Positions 32,847 to 44,700 of a stretch of 64,000 nucleotides of DNA are shown here, in pieces. Each line of letters opens with the position of its first letter. The first letter of the stretch is position 1. The DNA is from Azolla caroliniana (taxonomy: Eukaryota > Plantae > Polypodiophyta). The notes beneath the pieces are model-generated. The model did no database searches. It saw nothing but the letters and a program-made list of their open reading frames with translations, and was not told the DNA's origin. The position numbers and the translations under genes were made by a program. The stretch covers positions 16,120,001 through 16,184,000 of the forward strand of contig JBHGNT010000001.1 of NCBI GenBank assembly GCA_043228905.1, read 5' to 3'.

Positions 32847-35800
32847 TTAAAGACGACGAGTGGAACGAGTCAGCGCTACTTGCGGACCGGGTTTGTCCGG
32901 ATACTTTCGGTGGAAATCAGCAAGAAGATCTTGTGCATTGGCAACATTCTCGACGGGTTCCCAAGTACGTTCGCTCGGACTATAACCGAGCCAATCGACC
33001 AAGTAATAGAGTTTGTTGCGAACAAGTTTGGAATCGAGGATGGCAACAACTTCATACTCCGGGCCGGCGTCCAACTCCAGTGGGGGCGGCGGTGGTGTCA
33101 CACGATCGGGAATGGTGTTTGCTTTATAAGGTTCAAGAAGAGAACAATGGAAAACCGGATGTATCTGAAGCTGCGGAGGGAGATCAAGGCGGAAGGTGAC
33201 ATCATTAATCTTCCCCGTAATACGGAAAGGACCGAGTCGTCGATAATCCAACTTGTCGCACGGTCGAGTAGTCTTGATGTGACGACGTAAGAGCCATACT
33301 CGATCTCCGATGGCAAAAGAGGAGGGAATCCGATGACGATCCACATAAGTCTTCTGTGTGTGTTGAGCATGACGAAGGTGAGTAGAGAGATCCATCTGGA
33401 TCTTGCGTAGCCTCTCCAAATGATCCTCGGCACGAGGGTTGGTAGTTAGCTCCGGAGTGTCGATCACCGACCAGCGAGGATGGAAACCGGTATAAGCGAA
33501 AAATGGGGAGACCCGAGTCGAGGAGTGAATGGCATTATTATACGCAAACTCCGCAAAGTGGAGAATCTCGGCCCAATCGTCCTGTTGATAACTCAGGAAA
33601 CACCGGAGATATTGCTCCAGCGTTTGGTTTGTTCGTTCCGCCTGTCCGTCGGTTTGAGGATGGTAGCCGGAGGAGAGGTTGCAGGAGACCTTGAGCATCT
33701 TGAAGAGATGCTGCCAAAATTTGGAGACAAATTGCGGGCCTCGGTCACTGATAATACTGTCTGGGAGGCCATGATGCCGAAAAACCTCACGCATAACAAG
33801 AGCGGCGGTTTCCTCGCTAGTGATGGCTTTAGTACATGGCACAAAATGTGCCATCTTCGTATATCGATCGACGACGGTTAGGATAGCATCGAACCCTTTC
33901 GAGACCGGCAGATCTGTGATAAAATCAAGACAAATAGACTGCCATGGCTTACTTGGAATTGGTAAAGGTTCCAACAAGCCATATGGATGGTGTCGTGGCA
34001 TCTTTGCTCGGCAGCAAGCATCACAGGTCCGAACGTAGTCGTCGACAAAACGGCGCATGTGGGGCCACCAAAAAGATCGCTGCACTAGCTCCAACGTCTT
34101 AGTACTACCGAAATGTCCCGCCGTATGGGTGTCGTGACAATGTTGGACAATTTGAAGGCGACAGGAGCAATCGGGGACATATACGCGCTTTTTAAAGAAT
34201 AACAAACCATCATGATATTCGAATTGTCGGTAGTCAATACCTGGTTGTTGAGACTGAGAACAGGATGCCCGAGAAGTATCAATGTGCGCCAGGATGTCTT
34301 GAGCAAAACTATCCGTCTTCAAGGTTGCACGTATGTCATCGGTAATCCGTGAATCCATCGGGGTGTGAAAAATCCGCGTCGTGTGCAATCGTGTTGGTCC
34401 CAAGATTACTTGCTTTTGATTATCAAATGTTGCTTCACCAGGACGAGGTGCAAGATATGAACGTCGTGATAGTGCATCTGCTTTTCCTTGCTGCTTCCCC
34501 GGTCGATATGTGATTTTGAAGTCGAAACGCGTGAGGAATTGCGCCCACCGAGCTTGCCGTCGATTTAGTACGCGAGCGTTCTGAAAATAAGCAAGATTTT
34601 TATGATCGCTGAAGACAATGACCTGATGTGGAGAGCCCTCTAAGAAATGCCGCCATTGTACAAATGAATCCACGATGGCTAATAACTCCTTGTCATGTAT
34701 TTCGTAGTTGATTTCTGCGACATCGAATTTGCGCGAATGGAAAGCCACCGGATGCAACTCTTCTTTATCACCTTGTTGAGAAAGGATGCTACCGAGGGCG
34801 AAATCTGATGCGTCGGCCTCCATGATGAATGGTTTGCTTGTATCCACATGAGCTAGAATCGGTGCTGATGTAAAGGCTTTCTTAAGATGCCGAAAAGCCA
34901 TATCTGCTTCGATGGACCAAAGAAATGCTTGGCCCTTCTTCGTAAGTTGTGTGAGAGGTAAAATAATCTTCGAGTAATCCTGTATAAACTTACGGTAGAA
35001 GTTAGCAAAACCTAGAAAACATTGTACATCTCGTACCGACCGTGGAATTTGCCACTCTAGTACAGTTTGGATCTTAGCTGGATCCATGGCGATGCCCTTT
35101 GAGGAGATGACGTAGCCTAGAAATTCCACTTGCTTGCAGTCAAAGCTACATTTTTCTAGCTTGGCATAAAGACCATTCTCGCGGAGTCGCTTTAGTACTA
35201 ATAGTACATGAGAGTCGTGCTCTTCCTGGGTCTTCGAATAAATCAACAGATCATCCAGATAAATGATCAAACAGATATCCAAGAGGTCTCTGAATATATC
35301 ATTTGCCATGTGTTGGAAGACTGCGGGTGCATTGGTTAGGCCAAACGGCATAACAGTATACTCAAAATGCCCATACCGCGTGCGAAAAGCGGTCTTCCAC
35401 TCATCTCCCGGTCGGATCCGCACGAGATTATACGCTCCGCGTAGGTCGATTTTAGTAAAAAACTTGGCACCATTAACTCGCTCTAAAAGACTTGATATAA
35501 GAGGAAGTGCATACCTATTCCGGATGGTGACTTTATTTAATCCGCGGTAATCAACGACAAGACGAAGTGAGCCATCTTTCTTCTTGACAAAGAAGATGGG
35601 TGCACCGGCCGGAGATTTCGAATGACGGATGAACCCGCTTGCCAAGTTCTCCTCTATGTAGGCTCGAAGGACTTCTAACTCGGTGGGTGACAGGTTGTAA
35701 ATTGGTCCCCATGGTGGCTCGGTTCCTGGTTGTAAATCGATGGGACAGTCATAGGGACGGTGATGAGGAAGGGTACCGGCTTTTACCTTGTCAAATACAT

Positions 35801-36419
35801 CGGCATAAGGATGATATTTTGCCGGAAGTTGTACTGAGGAGTCCTTCTTAATAGTGCTGGAAGGATGTACTGATATGGAAAATAGGAACATTGCCTCCTT
35901 GGGTCCTTCTTCGCGTAGTTGATGGAGTGAAATGGTCGAAACTCGGCGAGTTGATTCTTGGGGTGGTCGATATCGGACTTCTCTTGTTCTCCAATCTATG
36001 GCTGGATTATGTAACTCAAGCCAAGGTAATCCTAGGACAATGGGATGCTCTGGACTACTAATTATATTAAATGATATTATACACACAAAACTACCTAGGA
36101 CAACTTGAATGGGTTCTGATTCTTCTACAATATTCCCGGAAGCAATGGGACGACCATCAATGACCACTACAGATGCGGGACAAGGAAGTTTTCTTAAGGA
36201 TATCTGAGAAGCTTGGGCAAAATTTCGATCCATGAAACAGGAATTAGCTCCGGAATCTAAAAGTGCTAGGACGGGTACTGGGGGAGTACTTTTAGTACTA
36301 ACAATGACTTGGGCTAGGAACACATTGCTAACTTGCTTGGAAGGAATGGAACCACTAATGGGCTGTACAGATCTAGGGCTGCTGTCCAACCAAATGGCTC
36401 CTATTTTGGCTGGACTCAA
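32847..36419 (-). CDS. pol: F Pol (PR, RT, RNase H, INT, chromodomain), probably expressed by -1 frameshift
   Basis: LLDSGAN, YLDDLL, EADASDFA, HPQTDGQAER, GPF motif, chromodomain EYEVVAILDSK..YLVDWLGY..TWEP; no ATG start. Confidence 0.96.
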   Translation of the reverse strand: MSPAKIGAIWLDSSPRSVQPISGSIPSKQVSNVFLAQVIVSTKSTPPVPVLALLDSGANSCFMDRNFAQASQISLRKLPCPASVVVIDGRPIASGNIVEESEPIQVVLGSFVCIISFNIISSPEHPIVLGLPWLELHNPAIDWRTREVRYRPPQESTRRVSTISLHQLREEGPKEAMFLFSISVHPSSTIKKDSSVQLPAKYHPYADVFDKVKAGTLPHHRPYDCPIDLQPGTEPPWGPIYNLSPTELEVLRAYIEENLASGFIRHSKSPAGAPIFFVKKKDGSLRLVVDYRGLNKVTIRNRYALPLISSLLERVNGAKFFTKIDLRGAYNLVRIRPGDEWKTAFRTRYGHFEYTVMPFGLTNAPAVFQHMANDIFRDLLDICLIIYLDDLLIYSKTQEEHDSHVLLVLKRLRENGLYAKLEKCSFDCKQVEFLGYVISSKGIAMDPAKIQTVLEWQIPRSVRDVQCFLGFANFYRKFIQDYSKIILPLTQLTKKGQAFLWSIEADMAFRHLKKAFTSAPILAHVDTSKPFIMEADASDFALGSILSQQGDKEELHPVAFHSRKFDVAEINYEIHDKELLAIVDSFVQWRHFLEGSPHQVIVFSDHKNLAYFQNARVLNRRQARWAQFLTRFDFKITYRPGKQQGKADALSRRSYLAPRPGEATFDNQKQVILGPTRLHTTRIFHTPMDSRITDDIRATLKTDSFAQDILAHIDTSRASCSQSQQPGIDYRQFEYHDGLLFFKKRVYVPDCSCRLQIVQHCHDTHTAGHFGSTKTLELVQRSFWWPHMRRFVDDYVRTCDACCRAKMPRHHPYGLLEPLPIPSKPWQSICLDFITDLPVSKGFDAILTVVDRYTKMAHFVPCTKAITSEETAALVMREVFRHHGLPDSIISDRGPQFVSKFWQHLFKMLKVSCNLSSGYHPQTDGQAERTNQTLEQYLRCFLSYQQDDWAEILHFAEFAYNNAIHSSTRVSPFFAYTGFHPRWSVIDTPELTTNPRAEDHLERLRKIQMDLSTHLRHAQHTQKTYVDRHRIPSSFAIGDRVWLLRRHIKTTRPCDKLDYRRLGPFRITGKINDVTFRLDLPPQLQIHPVFHCSLLEPYKANTIPDRVTPPPPPLELDAGPEYEVVAILDSKLVRNKLYYLVDWLGYSPSERTWEPVENVANAQDLLADFHRKYPDKPGPQVALTRSTRRL

Positions 36420-37573
36420 TCGTTTAACTCTTCATCTAATTGACTAAGGATTTCAAATTTATTTGAGATACTTGGGCTATTAGTACTATGAATACTATCT
36501 GACACTCTATTAGTACTATTACTACTATCAGACACTCCGAAGGGAAGAATTGACTCAGGTTTAGTACAGGCGACAATTTGATTTACCTGTCTTCTTGGCC
36601 TATGGGGACAATTGATGGCGATATGTCCTGGTCCACCGCAATAAAGGCATAATCGATTGGCACGTCGTCGTTGCTTTTCTTCTTCCGATAACGGGCCGCG
36701 TCGACGCATGGTATCGATCTCCATCGGTGTCGAAGTATTTGCTTGAGGTATGTCTCGTGCAAACGGTTTAGCCGCGACTGCGGCGTAAGTGGGCTCTGGC
36801 CTAGAGCGTGGTATCTGTAATTGACGTTCTGAACGCCGTTCAAAAAGGCGGTTGTCACATCGAACTGCTCGACTGATTGCCTCCGTAAGAGACTTTGGTT
36901 CTTCGGGGAAAGTTAGAAGTAGATCTTTGACATCGTTTCGCAAGCCATAGCGAAACTGCTCCATTAGTGCTTGATCATCCCAGGGTATATCTGAAGCAAG
37001 TAGGCGGAAATCCGCCGCGTAGGCAGAGGCTGGACGATCGCCTTGACGCAATCGCCGGATCTTGTTGATCGCCGTCCTGATGCTGTCGGTGTCTCCAAAG
37101 CAGGCTTTAAACTCACCAATAAAATCTTCAAAGTTATTAAGCAAGGGCGATTGTTTTTCTAGAAGCGGAGCGAACCATGCCAAGGCTGAGCCGCTAAGTA
37201 GCGTGCCTATTAGGCCGACTCGAGATGCATCAGTGGGATATCGGGAAGGATGCATCTGGATGACTAAGCGTACCTGATTAAGGAATCCCCGAAATTGCGA
37301 ACGCGTTCCATCAAATTTCACAGGAAGTCCAATCTTGGGCTCTTTATGAAATCCTTGGGGACTGGATCCTTGTTGTTGCAACGCTGCTTCGAGTTGTTGT
37401 ACCCGTAACGCTAACTCCCCATGTTGTTGTTGCGTTTGTTGTTTTTCTAGAGCGATTTGTTGCAGATCCCCTATCAACCGTTGGTTTTCTTGTTCCAAGG
37501 CAACAAACTTTTCTTTTAGGCACTGTAGCTCGGAGAAAACGGATTGGTATTCTTGGGCGCTAACAGTAGCCAT
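36416..37573 (-). CDS. gag: F Gag (385 aa)
   Basis: Coiled-coil N-terminus, KFDGTRSQFRGFL, LRQG..ASAYAADF, PMEID, CLYCGGPGHIAINC. Confidence 0.95.
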   Translation of the reverse strand: MATVSAQEYQSVFSELQCLKEKFVALEQENQRLIGDLQQIALEKQQTQQQHGELALRVQQLEAALQQQGSSPQGFHKEPKIGLPVKFDGTRSQFRGFLNQVRLVIQMHPSRYPTDASRVGLIGTLLSGSALAWFAPLLEKQSPLLNNFEDFIGEFKACFGDTDSIRTAINKIRRLRQGDRPASAYAADFRLLASDIPWDDQALMEQFRYGLRNDVKDLLLTFPEEPKSLTEAISRAVRCDNRLFERRSERQLQIPRSRPEPTYAAVAAKPFARDIPQANTSTPMEIDTMRRRGPLSEEEKQRRRANRLCLYCGGPGHIAINCPHRPRRQVNQIVACTKPESILPFGVSDSSNSTNRVSDSIHSTNSPSISNKFEILSQLDEELND

Positions 37574-38089
37574 AGTATAGGGGAAAGGGTAGGAAGATGA
37601 GGGAGAGTGACAAGTAGGCTAGAGGAAAAAATTGGTTCAAACTGTCAGGAATAGTACTAAAACAGAGATGGAATTAGTACTAAGAAGAGTAGTACTATTA
37701 GTACTATTAGTACTAAGAGGACGGTACTGCGTAAGATTCCCGAGAGAGTGAGGAAGTGAGAAGAGGAGAGAGAGAGAGAGAAATAGGATGATGATAGCAG
37801 CTCTTATATTATATGAAAGATAAGTACAAATCGACTAAGAGGCTTAAGACTGGTGTTGAACCAATTTGGTTCAACATAATGCTTAGTGCCTTCTTTTATA
37901 GTGTTCTCAGGAATAATCCTGAAGCTCCTAGAATGTTCTAGAGAAATCTGGAATATACATTACTTTCTTATAATAAAACATAAATGAAAATAATATTCTA
38001 TGAATTACAATAGATGGTGAGATGGTTAAGAGCTCGACCCATATACCATAAGGTCATGGGTTCGAGTCTTGCCATCTCATGACAAAGGG

Positions 38090-39912
38090 TAACATTTTCC
38101 GATGTGCCGACCCTTCAAGAAGGCCCCGCTCTTAACACACGGTCAGCTTCACGGGTAGCTGAACCTTACACTACCGACTCGGACAACCCCGACTCGGCAC
38201 AGCAGAACAATCCGCTTTCGGACCATCCGACCCCGATACCCGATGCGACCAGTCCAATCATACCTCGACGATCCGAGAGACTGTCGCAACCTCCGAAGAG
38301 GTATTCTCCTGGAATCTTCTTCACCGACGCCGGCGAACCGACGTCTTACGAAGAAGCATCGACATCTGTCGATTCCGCCACCTGGCATCTGGCGATGGAG
38401 TCGGAAATGCACTCCATTCGGGCAAACAAGACTTGGGATCTGGTCGAATTACCTAGGAACCGACGTGCTCTTCCTTGCAAGTGGGTTTATCGACTAAAAG
38501 AGACGTCTGATTCGACCACCCCAAAGTACAAGGCCAGATTAGTTGCGAAGGGCTTCCGACAAGAATATGGCGTCGACTTCGACGAGATTTTTTCACCAGT
38601 GGTGAAAATGACAACCCTTCGTTTCCTACTCGGCGTAGTGGCAGCCGACAACTTGGAGCTGATTCAGCTAGATGTCAAAACAGCCTTCCTCCATGGTGAT
38701 CTCGAGGAGGAAATTTATATGGAGCAGCCAAAAGGCTTCGTGGCAACCGGCCAAGAACATCTAGTCTGCCGACTCAGGAAGAGTCTATACGGCCTCAAAC
38801 AGGCACCGCGACAATGGTACAAGAAGTTCGACGACTTCATCCAATCGATCGGCTTCTCCAAAAGCGATGAGGACCATTGTCTCTTCACCAACACAGCTCA
38901 AGATGGATCACCCATCTTCCTCATCATTTACGTGGACGACATGCTAATTTCTGGACGCCACGCGGGCGAACTTGCCGATCTCATTCGGCAACTGCGGTTG
39001 AAGTTTGCCATGAAGGACCTCGGTCCGGCACGACACATCCTTGGCATGAAGATTAGTCGGCATCGCGATAAACGACATCTTTTTCTGTCTCAGACCGACT
39101 ATATCCGACGTGTCTTAGAACGCTTCAACATGCAATCAGCCAAATCTGCTTCAACCCCGCTCCCTATGAATCTTCGGCTCTCTCAGCGAGACTGCCCGAC
39201 ATCCGGTCCGGAGGGGGAAGATATGAAGTCGGTACCGTATGCACCGGCAGTCGGCTCTCTTATGTACCTGATGGTCGCGACACGGCCTGATATTTCTCAC
39301 GCCGTAGGAGTCGTTAGCAGATTTATGCATAACCCTGGCCGATCGCATTGGAACGCAGTCAAGCATGTGTTCAGATATCTGACTGGCACAAAAGACCATG
39401 GCATTCTTTTCGGTCCGAACCGAACCTCAGGCGTAGTCGGTTACACCGACTCGGACTTCGCCGGCTGTATAGACAGTCGGAAATCTACAACCGGATACTG
39501 CTTCAAATTCGGCAATGGAGCAATCTCGTGGAAGTCGAAACTTCAGGAGTGCACAGCGACCTCAACGACTGAAGCAGAATATGTAGCTGCGTCCGACGCA
39601 GCAAAAGAAGCTTTATGGCTCGGTCGGCTGGCGCACACGTTTCGACAAGTCGACCATGACTCGGCTCCAGTTGTCTACAGCGACAGTCAAGGTGCTGTTG
39701 CCTTGTCGAAAAATCCGGTTCACCACAACGCCTCCAAACATATCGACGTTCGATATCACTTCGTTCGGGACTGCGTCATTTTAGGGAAAATCGGTCTAGA
39801 GAAAATATCCACAACCGACAATGTCGCAGATGGAATGACCAAATGTCTTTCGGCAGACCGTTTTCGGTCTCTTCGGCATCAGATGGGCGTAACGACAAAC
39901 CAGTCCGGTTAG
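38090..39912 (+). pseudogene. gag-pol: A2 gag-pol piece 3 (RT, RNase H)
   Basis: Resumes at VTFSD after the F TSD; open to the stop codon. Confidence 0.95.
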
Positions 39913-40393
39913 AGCCGGACACAGAGCAGGATGGTTCCCGACAACCGACATCAGTTCCTTAATGATCGGCTTCAACACGTCCGACCCGACCAGTTCGGTC
40001 TTCTGCCTTCGGACCCTGCCGACTCGAACAAAGCTGATATGTCCGAGAATCTAAGTCCATACCTGCAATCTTAGATAACCCATTGTATACGCCCATTACG
40101 GGGGAGTGTCGAATACATGTGTATAATGGACGTATTCACATTATCCCGTTTTGGCCATTTATGTAATTAGCATAAAGGGTAGTTGCCCTAAGTCGGTCTC
40201 TATATATAGTGACCTTGTAACCTCTTTGTGAGGTTGGTTGTTGTATTCTTTGTTTATGCAATAAAGAGTCTTTTGTGTCTCTCTCTCTCTCTCTCTCTGT
40301 GCAACGACCTACAATCTCTCATACGCAGGTACTCAGAACAGAACTGAATGCTTCTTGATCTTCCGCATTGACGACCTCGCTTCCAACAAAGTG

Positions 40394-41719
40394 GAACTCA
40401 AGGAGAAGAATTGACGAAAGGCATGGTGTCCGTTGTCGAATTCATGCTGAAAGAGAGAGATCGGGAGGCTTTAGTCGACAAAGCTGTTGACCGAACTGTG
40501 GAGACAGTTGGGAGATTCGGTGGGAAGAACATCACAAATTTCCTTGCTACCTACCGGAATGAGATGCAACAAAGAGATGTCCATGATCCAAAACAAATTT
40601 CAAGCTTTAAGCGTGTGGTAGAACCCGGGATCCGTGAGCGCGTGATGGAGATCCAAAACGAGCATGCAACTTGGGCGGAGTTCGAAAGGGCTCTTTTCAC
40701 TGAATACATGCTTGAAGACGCATCGCGGATGACTCGGCATGCGTTAATGAATTGGATCGAGAAGAAAGGGAAGAATCTGTGTGCATCGGGAATTTATGCC
40801 GAATTTGACCAGAAGTACAACCGACTTCCGAGTGTCGAGCAACGAGTTCTCGACGGAGATAAAGTCTTGCTATTCCTAAAGGCAATGGATGCGAAAGATC
40901 GGCGAGAATTGGGTAGTTTCTTGGAGGATGAAACACAACCAAATGGTTTGGTAGCGGACTGGGCGGCGGTGAAGAAGGCTTGCAGCCGTTTTGATAAGCG
41001 GCGACAATGGCAAGAGGAAGCTGAAGTTGAGAATCCACAATTGTGGAAGAAGGCACCTACGACGATTGAGCCAGGTAAGCCGATCAACAATTTCGACAAG
41101 AAAGCAATGGAGGAGTCTATAATCGAAGAGCTCTCCAAGAAGTTTGAAGCGGTATCGCTAGCCAACTTAGGTCGACGCGGGCCCAAGGGAAAAGAAGCGT
41201 ATAGATGTGTGTGGTGTGATAGCTTTGAACACTCACGAAGGGAATGTGCTGACTTGCAAGATGCAATCCGCAAGAATGTCGTCTATTTGGACGGCAACAT
41301 GATTCACTCAAGCGAGACCCGGAAGCCACTACGAGTGAACTTCGGAAGAGGTGGGCTGAAAAAGATTGTAGAAGAAGAAGATGCAAGGCATGTGGAGGCT
41401 ATGCACTATGCTGCTTCGGCTGGGATACGAGTTGGAAAAGAGAATCTTAAAATGATCAAGCCAGGAGCTGGGTTTTGGCCAACGGTCTTCGAGTGCGAAG
41501 AAAAAGGCAAAATCAATTCGGAGGATCTAAAGCTTGCTGACCGAAACGTGCGACGAGCAACTGGATGGTCAGATCCAATCGATGAAAACACAAGCTTTGC
41601 GGAGGTTGTGTGTGACACCTATGAAGCCCTTGTCGAAGAGAAGAGGAAGAGAACTGGTGAAGAAGATGGCACATCAAAGCGACCTAACACGAGGAACGGA
41701 GGGAAAGAAGGGTCACCCC
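40394..41719 (+). pseudogene. gag: Element D gag, middle piece (ATG at 16626)
   Basis: Joins MASTS|GTQGEEL across A2; CVWCDSFEHSRREC knuckle; homologous to C and E Gag. Confidence 0.93.
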
Positions 41720-44700
41720 TGTCGAATACATGTGTATAATGGACGTATTCACACCATCCCGTTTTGGCCATTTATGTAATTAGCATAAAGGGTAGTTGCC
41801 CTAAGTCGGTCACTATATATAGTGACCTTGTAACCTCTTTGTAAGGTTGGTTGTTGTATGATTGCTTTGTGAAATAAAGAGTCTTTTGTGTCTCTCTCTC
41901 TCTCTCTGTGCAACGACCTACATTCTGTCATACACAGGGAATAAACAGGAATCGAGTGCTTCAAGATCTTCCGCACTGACGACATTGCTTCCAACATCTG
42001 GTATCAGAGCCTGCACAGTAGTCGGTCCTTCAATCCGCTGTCGGCCATCGTCTCTGCACTCGGTTTCCTGCGTCATTCGAAGAAAGAGAGAAGAAGAACA
42101 AAAACGAGGTTTGCACCTCATCGCGTTAGATCCTCTTGCTTGGAGTAAGCCCTCAGGTTGTACTCTGTTCCTTGTGATCGTAACCGCTCGAGGTGAAATC
42201 CCCTTGTGCATCATTGACACGATCGTGCTCCATTCGGTTAAACGGCATCCGAAGAGGTCACCAAACGCTGCTCGTTGTAACCACTCGGTGCAGATCGGTC
42301 TCAAGACAACAACCCCAAATTCGTGCTTCATCAGGCTGATCGACATTCGAGAGGATCAGTTGGATCTATCTCTCTCGTCGCTGCAGTCAACCGAAGCAAA
42401 ATCGGTCCAGATAATCAGTTTCAATAATCGGTACTCGGCACATATATCCGAAGCGAACCGGGCTCACTCCGACTCGGCAACACTCGGGAAGACCAGTCGG
42501 TTCTGTCCCTCAAGTTACCGGAGTCAATTCGAGCAAGTTCCGAAGCTGAACCGACTCGGGTTCAAATCCGACTAGAACGATATCGGGTGAGCCAACCGGC
42601 TGCACTCCAACAAGGTTCACAGTCAACTCCGAACCGAGCTTCGTCAACCGAAACCGAATTTGATGGCATCAACATCTGGCTCGTCAGAAATGAGTCTACG
42701 AAAGTTCGATGGATCGAACTTCAACTTCTGGAAGGAACAAATGCAGGACTATCTCATAGTCAAGGGGCAAATCGACCCCATCGAAAATGAAGAACCTCCA
42801 GAAGGATACAAACCAATTGAGTGGCAGAAGCTGGACAGAATTGTCCGCGCCACGATCCGGATGCACCTATCGGAATCGGTATACTTTACGGTGCAATCGT
42901 GTACGACAGCATTCGAACTGTGGAAAACACTGTCGGACACTTACGAAAAGAAGGTCGCCGCAACGAAGATGTTTCTGATCCGGCGCCTCTACAACTTGCG
43001 GATGAAAGAATCCGACTCGGTCCAAGCACACCTCAATGAGTACGAAAGCATAAGCTCCCAAATCTCGTCACAGGGGACGGCAATCGAGGATGAACTCAGA
43101 GCAATGATACTCATGAGCAGCCTTCCCCCATCATGGGAAACTTTCGTCACAACCGTGTGCAACGCGTCAACCACGGCTGTTAAATACTCCGAAGTCACGA
43201 GCGCAATCCTGACCGAAGCAGCTCGGAGAAAGTCTTTCGCCAAAGACTCAACAGACGACGCCTACGTAGTACAAGGTTCGACAGACCGATCGAACATACG
43301 AGGACGAGATTCCTCACGGCCGCCGAACAATCAGCGAAGACGGAGCCAGTCACGGGATAACCGAATCTGCAACTATTGCAAGAAACCCGGACACATCAAA
43401 GCCGACTGCCGCGCACTCAAGAACAAGAACAACAAGAAGAGTGGCCGGCATGAGGAGATCAATTACGTCAGCTTCTCAGCTGATGTACTACCGGACGACC
43501 CGAATATACTATCAATAGAAAATCCAGTTGGATCAGAAGTTCTGCTCACGACTGAAGAATCGAGCACATGGCTCTTAGATTCGGGCGCGTCATTTCACGT
43601 GACTCCTCATCGATCCCAATTTCGGCAATATACGATCCGTCACTCCGACTCAGTTCGGGTCGGCAACTCGCAACACTGTGACATCATCGGAATCGGCACA
43701 GTAGAGCTCAACCTTGCAGGTGGCTCTACACTTGTACTCCACAATGTCCGACATGTACCCGAGCTCTCAAGGCCATTGATCTCAGTCGGACAACTAGATG
43801 AAGACGGCATTCGTGCCGGTTTTTCTTCGGGAGGGTGGACACTCCACAGGGGGAACCTCCTGCTTGCTAGAGGACCCAAGATACACTCACTGTATCCGTT
43901 ACATGTTACGCTCAGAGAGGGTAACCTGTTTTTGGTGGATATTCCTGTGTCATCATTATGGCACCGAAGATTAGGACACCTCAGCAAGGCCGGCATCACG
44001 CACCTATCTAGCGCCGGATACATCCCCAAACTCTCCTTCTCGGACCATCAATTCTGCGAGCATTGCCAGTATGGCAAACAAGTAGCCGCATCACACCCGA
44101 CATCAGCACCAAGAGAAACGAGACCTCTCGATTTAGTCCATTCGGACGTCTGTGGCCCAATGCCGCATCAGTCTCTAGGCGGTGCCTCTTACTTCGTCAG
44201 TTTTATTGACGATTCGACTCGAAAGGTGTGGGCTTATCCAATTCGCACCAAAGATCGTGTCTTCTCGATCTTCACCGATTGGCTCGCTATGGTAGAAAAT
44301 CAAACCGACCGAAAGCTGAAATGCCTTCGGACAGACAATGGGGGAGAGTTCAAATCCGATGAATTCGTCAAATTCTGCCGACAACGCGGCATCCGACGTG
44401 AATTTACGGCACCACACAGTCCGGAGCAAAACGGGATTGCCGAACGAATGAATCGGACAATCCAAGAAAGGATAGTTTCCATGCTCCAACACTCCGGACT
44501 GTCGGATGGCTTCTGGGCAGAGGCTCTACTCACGGCAGTACACATAATCAATATGTCGCCAAGTCGACCTCTAGGACTTCAAATTCCTCAGGAACTATGG
44601 ATCGGCAGTAAGCCGAATTACGACAAGCTGAGGATCTTCGGATGCGAGGCGTACGCCCTCATTCCGAAAGATGATCGCCGAAAACTTGCACCTCGGTCCA

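Larger units (their letters stand above)
32394..38084 (-). mobile_element. Chromovirus F (Tcn1/Tf1-sushi-like Ty3/gypsy), complete and intact
   Basis: 442-bp LTRs 32394-32835 and 37643-38084, identical by eye; TSD AAGGG; PPT AAGGGGGAGATAG; no tRNA PBS, self-complementary PBS instead. Confidence 0.97.
16642..40388 (+). mobile_element. Copia A2, inserted in codon 6 of D gag; hosts E and F
   Basis: 282-bp LTRs 16642-16923 and 40107-40388, identical by eye; TSD AAGTG at 16637-16641 and 40389-40393. Confidence 0.97.

Noticed and set aside
41862-42575. Extra upstream ORF in copia A (237 aa; 212 aa at 16890)
   Set aside because: Non-ATG starts, runs through the (CT)n microsatellite and PBS, and the frame is broken differently in A1 and A3
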